Virus genome (UHGV): UHGV-0200773
Length of the DNA stretch: 42,277 bases
Origin: a virus
Direction: 5' to 3' (one strand)
This document shows, piece after piece, positions 36,176-42,277 of this stretch (its first letter is position 1; each line of letters opens with the position of its first letter). The position numbers and the translations under genes were made by a program. The notes beneath the pieces are model-generated. The model worked only from the letters and a program-made list of their open reading frames with translations. It was not told the origin of the DNA and made no database searches.

Positions 36176-36874
36176 CTACCATTTGAATGTGTATCCACCA
36201 GTAACCTGACCGTTCCCATCTCCGCAATACTGACTTCCCATATTGTCATCGATCCCGCCGGTCGTCCGACGAAGTGTAATGGTACCTCCATCGTAAGCAG
36301 CCTGAAAAAACTCTGTTTTTGATCCATGTGTTGTGAGATTGTAAGCACCCGGATCTGCTTGAACTGCTTTTGTTCCTTCACTGAATTTAAGCTCGCCGAA
36401 CGCATTGTACTGATCCTCCGTGTAGAATCCGTACCCGTTCGGATTTGCTTTCACATCCTCGCGGCCCTGCAGACGCCCTGCGTTGTAGGCTCCGCTCTGG
36501 TCTACGACCGCTTCCGTGTAGTACCCGTCTGCAATGTCGTAGTTCTCCTGCCCGGCTCCGCCGTTCGTTGTGATAGATACCGTCGCAGGAATCTTGATGG
36601 ATGCGACACCATCGTTAAACTTGTTCTGCGCCAGCACGTCAATCGCTGTAGCAATGCCCGCCGGTGAGTTCTCTTCCGGTGTGACACCCAAGCTCTTCAG
36701 CTTGTTCACCAGCGTGTCAACACCATCCTGAAAAGACTGCTGCATGTTCTCGATCTGTTTGTCCAAGGTCGTTGTGTTGTCGGCCATGTAGACTGCTTCT
36801 GCCTTCGTGACAGGATAGACCTTGTTGCCGTCCTTGTCAGCAAGCTCCTGTATGTATGCTTTCGTTTCTGCCAT
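36176..36874 (-). CDS. Tail-associated protein
   Basis: VYPVTKAEAV motif typical of tail-fibre-like N-termini. Confidence 0.6.
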   Translation of the reverse strand: MAETKAYIQELADKDGNKVYPVTKAEAVYMADNTTTLDKQIENMQQSFQDGVDTLVNKLKSLGVTPEENSPAGIATAIDVLAQNKFNDGVASIKIPATVSITTNGGAGQENYDIADGYYTEAVVDQSGAYNAGRLQGREDVKANPNGYGFYTEDQYNAFGELKFSEGTKAVQADPGAYNLTTHGSKTEFFQAAYDGGTITLRRTTGGIDDNMGSQYCGDGNGQVTGGYTFKW

Positions 36875-36877
36875 CTT

Positions 36878-37033
36878 CTACCTCGATTCTATCGTGGGCC
36901 ATGCGGACTGTGTCTCGACTCCGAAGAGCTCCTTATATGCTTTTCTCACAGAATCTTTCAGCTTTGCCGGTACATCTTCAAGTGTCTTCACACCCTTGTA
37001 GATCAATCTCGCCCAAATCTTTGCTTTCGCCAT
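36878..37033 (-). CDS. CD1375/XkdX-like small tail protein missed by ORF track
   Basis: MAKAKIWARLIYKGVKTLEDVPAKLKDSV; GGAGGAG RBS. Confidence 0.75.
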   Translation of the reverse strand: MAKAKIWARLIYKGVKTLEDVPAKLKDSVRKAYKELFGVETQSAWPTIESR

Positions 37034-37036
37034 GTC

Positions 37037-37348
37037 TTACTCCTCCACCATTGCTTCCTGCAGCTCTGTAATCTGTTCCTTTACGATTTCCATGTCGGTC
37101 TTGACTCTCGTCAGGAAATGCACCGTGACGTTGCCGTCTATCTCTGCTTCTGCAGTAACCTTGACAGGCACGATGTTCTCCACAATCTTTCCATCAAAAG
37201 TAGCACCCTTGAGGTTGTCTTCAGTAAAGAGTGCACGAATTGCATCAATGTCTGCGTAGCTAGGCAGGACGGTGACACAATCGGAAATTGTGGATGTGTC
37301 TGTGAACTCCTTTGATACTCCATTAGAAAATGCTAAAATCTTACTCAT
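37037..37348 (-). CDS. Tail fibre chaperone-like protein
   Basis: C-terminal coil EQITELQEAM; lies between the fibre and the CD1375-like gene. Confidence 0.6.
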   Translation of the reverse strand: MSKILAFSNGVSKEFTDTSTISDCVTVLPSYADIDAIRALFTEDNLKGATFDGKIVENIVPVKVTAEAEIDGNVTVHFLTRVKTDMEIVKEQITELQEAMVEE

Positions 37349-37392
37349 TCTATTTTCCTTTCTACCTCTTCTTTAGAGGGTTTTAATATACT

Positions 37393-37851
37393 TCGTTAAA
37401 TAGTAATTTGGCGAATATGGCTTTTGTAAAAAACAACTATCACTTCTTTACTGGTGCGGCTGGTATTTCAGTCGAAAATATTGCGCGTGTAACTTCAGAT
37501 GTGATATCTCGCACGAGTAATGGACACTATCTACTACATTGCTTTGTTGAGGGATATCAAACATCTTCTGGGGCCGGAGAATCTATCAAATGGCTTTCAA
37601 CTTATGACATTTTGTCTGGAATAAAGGGCAAACTTTCGTGCAGTAACCATATCGCTGATGGAATCTACCCATTATCAATCAATGGTGTTTTGTCAGCTGA
37701 AAACGCAGGCCAAGGAGCTGCAGTACAAATAGATAATGATAATATTTATATTGGTAGATATTATGACAATACTAAAGATATCGGAGTATGGCAAATGAAA
37801 GTTACTCTTCCTGGATCATATATCTTTAGTTTTTATGCAGAAATTTATTAA
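37393..37851 (+). CDS. Silent alternative C-terminal tail-fibre tip
   Basis: Reads SLNSNLA-NMAF... in the same frame as the fibre junction; similar to the expressed tip; no RBS seen. Confidence 0.85.
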   Translation, partial: SLNSNLANMAFVKNNYHFFTGAAGISVENIARVTSDVISRTSNGHYLLHCFVEGYQTSSGAGESIKWLSTYDILSGIKGKLSCSNHIADGIYPLSINGVLSAENAGQGAAVQIDNDNIYIGRYYDNTKDIGVWQMKVTLPGSYIFSFYAEIY

Positions 37852-38326
37852 AGACACAATGCTGTAAAATAGCTATGTTCTAATAAAGTTCAACGTTGAA
37901 TCTGAAGGTATACTTTCCACCGCTTTTCATTTTTGACATAGGCCATCCACCAAATGAACCATCAGCTTTATAAATTCTTCCAAAAACGATATAAGCATTA
38001 TTTAATATTGCAACTGTTCCGAAGCCTTTATCCTCGAAGAGTCCATCTTCTGTTAGTGGTACAGCAATTTCACCATCGGTAATATACTGATTGTTTTTCC
38101 CTAACGAGCTTTTTGCTGTACCTAAGAGTGTATCCATTGACAGCATAATGAGATTTTCAGATGTACCATTGTTGAGAGTTTGTCCAGTAACAGTTGTGTC
38201 TATCAAGTAATGATCGTTTGTAAAATGTCCGATAACGGATTGATATACTTGCACAACATTTGGCACTTCAACACCTGCGATTGAAGTAGAAAACATGAAG
38301 GTCTTCGCCAAATTACTATTTAACGA
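37393..38326. mobile_element. Invertible segment bounded by 23-bp perfect inverted repeats
   Basis: TCGTTAAATAGTAATTTGGCGAA at 37393-37415 (+) and 38304-38326 (-). Confidence 0.9.
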
Positions 38327-39532
38327 GGTAATCTCAGACGCAAGGTCTGTTTTCGCCCAATATGTTGTGTCTGTAGGTAATGTCCCTGCAGTTGAGTTCT
38401 TGATGCAACGATAGATGTAGTTGTTATATATTGCATACTGCCCAGCTACATACGCCTGCGATGCAGTCCACATACTAGAACAACTATCTTTTACTCCGGT
38501 AACTTGACCAGTAAGATCCGTGATTATTTTGTTGACAGTCTTGTTTTGCACCGGGTTTGTGCTCGTTGCAGATAAGGCCTCATCAACGATCGTCTTATTT
38601 GCCCCATCCTCTACTCCATTAAGTTTCTCGTTGATTTCGACGATGACCTCATTGATCACCTTGTTCTGCACTGGATTCGTGCTGGACGGAGACAGCGAAT
38701 CATCTACCATTGTCTTGTTGGCTCCTTCAGCAATCCCATTTAGTTTATCCTTATCAGTAGAAGACATAAGGCCGTTCGCTGATGTGCTTGCCGTGTCCGT
38801 TGACGGAACTCCGAGAGCCTTTCTTGCGTCCGCAGCCGTAGTTCCACCGGTGCCCCCATGAGTGACAGGTAATGTTCCGCTGACCCCGGCAAAAACATCT
38901 TTTGTTCCGTCGAAAGAATATCCTCCTTCAAGTTCGAGACTTGCAGTGATTTTCCTCCCCTGAGAAAGCTTGGACGCAGCCGCAGCTGTACCTTCATAAG
39001 GAAGTGCACCGACCATCTCAGCAGTGTAGTCTCCGTCCTGAGGAGTGACCGCTCCGCTTCTTCCGTTCCACGAACTAACTCCTGCGGAAGACACGCTGTT
39101 TTTCGCTATCTCTGCCCAGTGTTTCGCGTTGTTGGTGTCTGTGCCGATCTCCTCCGTACTCGATGGTCCGACTGCCCACGACTTGGCAACAGCTGCAGAA
39201 GAGGTGGCGTTTCCTTCTGATATATCAACGGATGCTTTCACGCTTGCAGCGTTATCAGCACTTTTTTTAGCACTCTTGGCAGACGAAATAGCGGACTCAG
39301 ATTTTTCTGCCGCCAAGGAAGCAGACTGCTCTGCAGAAGCGTTTGCTTTCTCAGCACGGTCCGCATAGCTTGCAGACGCTTCCTTGTCCGCATCCAGATC
39401 CTCCTTCGTGGCCTTGATCGTATCAATGTACTGATCAATTTCTCTCTTTGCCTCAGATCCGGAGAAATCAAAACGCGCGACTTCTCCTCTCTTTCCGCGT
39501 CTTGCATAGATATCTATAATTGATTTGCTCAT
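37880..39532 (-). CDS. Tail fibre / receptor-binding protein with switchable C-terminus
   Basis: Ala/Ser coil, GTLPVTHGGTG, two STNPVQNK repeats, CBM-like W..Y..G module, SLNSNLA junction. Confidence 0.88.
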   Translation of the reverse strand: MSKSIIDIYARRGKRGEVARFDFSGSEAKREIDQYIDTIKATKEDLDADKEASASYADRAEKANASAEQSASLAAEKSESAISSAKSAKKSADNAASVKASVDISEGNATSSAAVAKSWAVGPSSTEEIGTDTNNAKHWAEIAKNSVSSAGVSSWNGRSGAVTPQDGDYTAEMVGALPYEGTAAAASKLSQGRKITASLELEGGYSFDGTKDVFAGVSGTLPVTHGGTGGTTAADARKALGVPSTDTASTSANGLMSSTDKDKLNGIAEGANKTMVDDSLSPSSTNPVQNKVINEVIVEINEKLNGVEDGANKTIVDEALSATSTNPVQNKTVNKIITDLTGQVTGVKDSCSSMWTASQAYVAGQYAIYNNYIYRCIKNSTAGTLPTDTTYWAKTDLASEITSLNSNLAKTFMFSTSIAGVEVPNVVQVYQSVIGHFTNDHYLIDTTVTGQTLNNGTSENLIMLSMDTLLGTAKSSLGKNNQYITDGEIAVPLTEDGLFEDKGFGTVAILNNAYIVFGRIYKADGSFGGWPMSKMKSGGKYTFRFNVELY

Positions 39533-39768
39533 TTTGGTACCCCAATTGCAATTACTGATGTTTCCTTCAAAATATCACCCGGATAGATTCCGTTTCTGCC
39601 GACAGTTTCCTTTGATGTCGCTGTCTCGCTCTGAGCAGATGTTTTCTTGTACGCTATAAAGAAAGCATTCAGCTTGTCCGCCGTGTCTGCGATCCACGAA
39701 TCCACCACCGCAAGATTCCGCCTGCTTGTATCCTTATTTAAGGTTGGCCGCTCAATGATAATATCCAT
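39529..39768 (-). CDS. Small tail-module protein
   Basis: Coupled to both neighbours. Confidence 0.6.
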   Translation of the reverse strand: MDIIIERPTLNKDTSRRNLAVVDSWIADTADKLNAFFIAYKKTSAQSETATSKETVGRNGIYPGDILKETSVIAIGVPK

Positions 39769-41761
39769 TGTTTCGCTCCTCGCTCGTTGTCTCCAGAGTG
39801 ATGGCCAGAGTGTATATCCTCACCGCCCCATGCCCGATGAATTTCAGCCGGAAGTGGTCGCACTGCGGAGGGAACATTGCAAGGCTCTGCGATGATAAGG
39901 AATCATTTCCTCGCAGCGTCCCAGCATCCGTATATGCCTGATCGTCATAGGAAATCTGGACTTTGATCTCAGATCCGAATGGGATGTATGCCCGCAGCGT
40001 CAGCCGGTTGACTCTCTTGTGATCCGGATACTCAAATCCTATGTCGCCGGTTTCACACCACCATTCCACGTACTGCTCATCCGGAATTCTGCTCTGGAAA
40101 ATAATATTGTCGTTTGCTCCGATGCCGTAGATCCTCGTTCCGTCTGTCCCGTAGATCTGTCCGGACTCCGAAGCCGTGAACATGGTGTACTTCACGTTCG
40201 AATCATTCTTGTGCCATATTCCCCGCTCCATGTCGTAGATCATATTGACCGCATGGCCGAGATTGGTCTGCATGGACAGGTAGTACTTCCCGAGGCACCC
40301 GGAGGCAACAGCAGAGTAGAAGATCGTCCCCCTTGGGAATGCATCAGATATAGATGACGGAGTGCTGCCATCGTACACGCAGATATCTGCTGCAGACTTG
40401 TAAACCAGATACTCGTTCACAATCGCAAGGGACTTCTCTGAGCCCTTCTGTACTCCCCTGCAGGTGTGGGTGGACAACTGGTACTCCGAAGGTGCTGCGC
40501 CGAAGATCTTCATGATGCAGTTCTCTTTGAAGAATGTCGGGTATCCCTGATAGGAAACGCACCCGGTCCATGCTCCCGGTTCCCCGACAGACAGAGCATA
40601 CGAGTCAGACGAGATCCCCTGATAGCAATACCAGTTTTTGAAATCCCCAAGCTTGGATGCATAAATTTCATTGGTAGAGTTACCCTTTGCATCCTCGCCA
40701 TAGTGGCAGCCCCACACGCGGTTGTTGGATACGCAGACCAGATCGAGTGTCGGGATCTTCCGCTCAAAGGACAGTGTCCAGATGGAGTCTGTCGTGACCG
40801 TCTTTGATACCTCCGGGAGGATGCCATTGATGACGATGTAGTCATCCTCCATCTTCAGGATGACGGATCCCTCATTGATGTCCGGAAGGTCCGAATTCAT
40901 GTATACCGCATCACCTTCTGAAAAGTGCTTGGTCAGCTCTCCGCCCGGTACGCTGATCTTGATGTAGTTGGTTGTGGCAGCCTCCCACGTAGAAAGATAC
41001 CCTACATAGATGTAGAGACCCTCTCTTCCGGATGCCGTGCAAAGCCAGTAGTCACCTGAGTTTGGATTCTTCGGAGCTTCCTTTCCGGCCGTAGCTGGAA
41101 GAGCTTCACCGTCCGCGTCTGTGATACTGTAAGTGATCGTGATCCCAGAAGGTGCTTCGTACTTGGAGGAGATCTTCCCCACATCATCCGGATTGCTCAG
41201 ATTGACATAAACTCCTGCCGGGAAAGCAATGACATAAGCGCCGAAACGGATAAGCTGCTGCTCTGATGTGTCATCCTCTTCGAAGTAATTCCCCAGGTCG
41301 AATTTCTTGCTGCCGTAGTGTAGGACATGATTGCAGAGATAGGTGAGGTTGTTCCCCGTCAGCGTGATGCCGCGGATTGCCATGTTGTCGATCTGCTCGT
41401 ACAGATCGGTTGCTACGTCCGGAGTCTGAGCGGTCTTCGACTGCACATGTGATCCGTCTGCATTCGTATCCACCTTGTATTTTGCAGAAACGTGCTTCTT
41501 GATCACCTCGTAAAGCTTGTCCTCATATTTCACCCGGTCGCCCACCTCGTAGGTGTGAGAATCCGGATCCCACTTTGTGAACAGCTCCACCAGAAGAGCC
41601 CGAGGCTTTCGAGGGGTGAGGAGCGGATATCCGTCCGAGGACAGATTTTCCTCGTCGTACATCTCCCCTGCACCGATCCGGTAGTTGTGGTTATACCCAA
41701 GCCACGTGTCAATCATGGTCCTTGTGTTGTTGTCGTCTGCTTGCTGTGGTAAAAACATCAA
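39752..41761 (-). CDS. Tail tubular B / stabilisation (nozzle-like) protein
   Basis: ENLSSDGYPLL, NRVWGC, EIYASKLGD..NW, CRGVQKGS; beta-rich. Confidence 0.75.
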   Translation of the reverse strand: MMFLPQQADDNNTRTMIDTWLGYNHNYRIGAGEMYDEENLSSDGYPLLTPRKPRALLVELFTKWDPDSHTYEVGDRVKYEDKLYEVIKKHVSAKYKVDTNADGSHVQSKTAQTPDVATDLYEQIDNMAIRGITLTGNNLTYLCNHVLHYGSKKFDLGNYFEEDDTSEQQLIRFGAYVIAFPAGVYVNLSNPDDVGKISSKYEAPSGITITYSITDADGEALPATAGKEAPKNPNSGDYWLCTASGREGLYIYVGYLSTWEAATTNYIKISVPGGELTKHFSEGDAVYMNSDLPDINEGSVILKMEDDYIVINGILPEVSKTVTTDSIWTLSFERKIPTLDLVCVSNNRVWGCHYGEDAKGNSTNEIYASKLGDFKNWYCYQGISSDSYALSVGEPGAWTGCVSYQGYPTFFKENCIMKIFGAAPSEYQLSTHTCRGVQKGSEKSLAIVNEYLVYKSAADICVYDGSTPSSISDAFPRGTIFYSAVASGCLGKYYLSMQTNLGHAVNMIYDMERGIWHKNDSNVKYTMFTASESGQIYGTDGTRIYGIGANDNIIFQSRIPDEQYVEWWCETGDIGFEYPDHKRVNRLTLRAYIPFGSEIKVQISYDDQAYTDAGTLRGNDSLSSQSLAMFPPQCDHFRLKFIGHGAVRIYTLAITLETTSEERNNGYYH

Positions 41762-42246
41762 AGTACCTCATGCCGAAGCATATGCTTCATTGGTCTGTCC
41801 GGCTGATGTGACCGGTTGTAAAACTGCTGGAAAGCAAGGTATGCATTGTTGAATGCCTCCGTTGCCACGTTGTATCGCCTCGAATCGTTGTTGTTGTATG
41901 CAATCCTCTGGTCCAGATAATAGAAGTAAACATCTGTGTACGGATCCGGAATGGCAAGCTCAGAGTCCAGCGTGAACTCTTCGTCTTCCATCTCGTTCGT
42001 AATATGCAGCGTCCCATCATCGTCTACATACATCCAGCTTGGGAGATGCAGGCCGCCGTCGCTGTCCACCCAGAGACCTTCTCTCTTGATCTCAGAGTCC
42101 TTGTACCCGTCGTACTTGGAGAAGACTTCTACCTCTGCCTGTTTCTCGATCTTCCGAAGCCAGAGAAGCTTTAAATCATTCTGTACGGAGTTGGCTCTTT
42201 CTGCGTCATACTGCTGTATCAGCTCTGATACTGTCATTTCTTCCAC
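41758..42246 (-). CDS. Head-tail adaptor-like protein
   Basis: MTVSELI..D..N..KLLWL..L.IPDPYTDVY. Confidence 0.65.
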   Translation of the reverse strand: MEEMTVSELIQQYDAERANSVQNDLKLLWLRKIEKQAEVEVFSKYDGYKDSEIKREGLWVDSDGGLHLPSWMYVDDDGTLHITNEMEDEEFTLDSELAIPDPYTDVYFYYLDQRIAYNNNDSRRYNVATEAFNNAYLAFQQFYNRSHQPDRPMKHMLRHEVL

Positions 42247-42248
42247 CT

Positions 42249-42277
42249 AAAAACAGGGAGCAGGTTTCCCCTGCCCC
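42249..42277 (-). terminator. Terminator completed by bases 1-3 of the window
   Basis: Joined minus-strand sequence reads CAGGGGGCAGG-GGAAA-CCTGCTCCCTG-TTTTT. Confidence 0.75.

Noticed and set aside
37393..38326. Diversity-generating retroelement
   Set aside because: No reverse transcriptase and no adenine-specific template/variable repeat pair; the tips are inverted and broadly divergent.
38525..38745. STNPVQNK tandem repeat as a recombination site
   Set aside because: Common tail-fibre protein repeat, diverged at the DNA level.

Overview
The window appears to be a complete, circular (excised-form) genome of a temperate Firmicutes phage, probably infecting Clostridia such as Lachnospiraceae (host is inferred). 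It has podovirus-like architecture: no tape measure gene, a P22-like portal, tubular-tail and ejection proteins. Circularity is supported by an intact attP next to the integrase and by a terminator hairpin split across the window end and start. Most genes are on the minus strand. Modules: head (terS, terL, portal, Prp protease, scaffold, N4-gp56-like capsid; 13-6457), early replication/recombination operon (6572-15984), lysogeny (CI, membrane protein, tyrosine integrase, attP with a tRNA 3' core; 16137-18730), a six-gene accessory operon with a divergent XRE regulator (18735-21639), lysis (21697-23375), and virion genes including a 3512-aa polyvalent ejection protein (23384-42246). Highlights: (1) a 934-bp invertible tail-fibre-tip cassette with dif-like 11-6-11 sites and no invertase gene in the genome; (2) a four-copy late promoter motif AGGGTGCCCTAT-N20-xAxxxT; (3) an accessory operon with a sporulation-sigma-like promoter; (4) RNase-like and ADP-ribosyltransferase-like modules in the ejection protein; (5) short antisense transcription units; (6) a slippery A7 site that restores a paralogue-like C-terminus. 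All family calls come from motif recognition by eye, not database searches.
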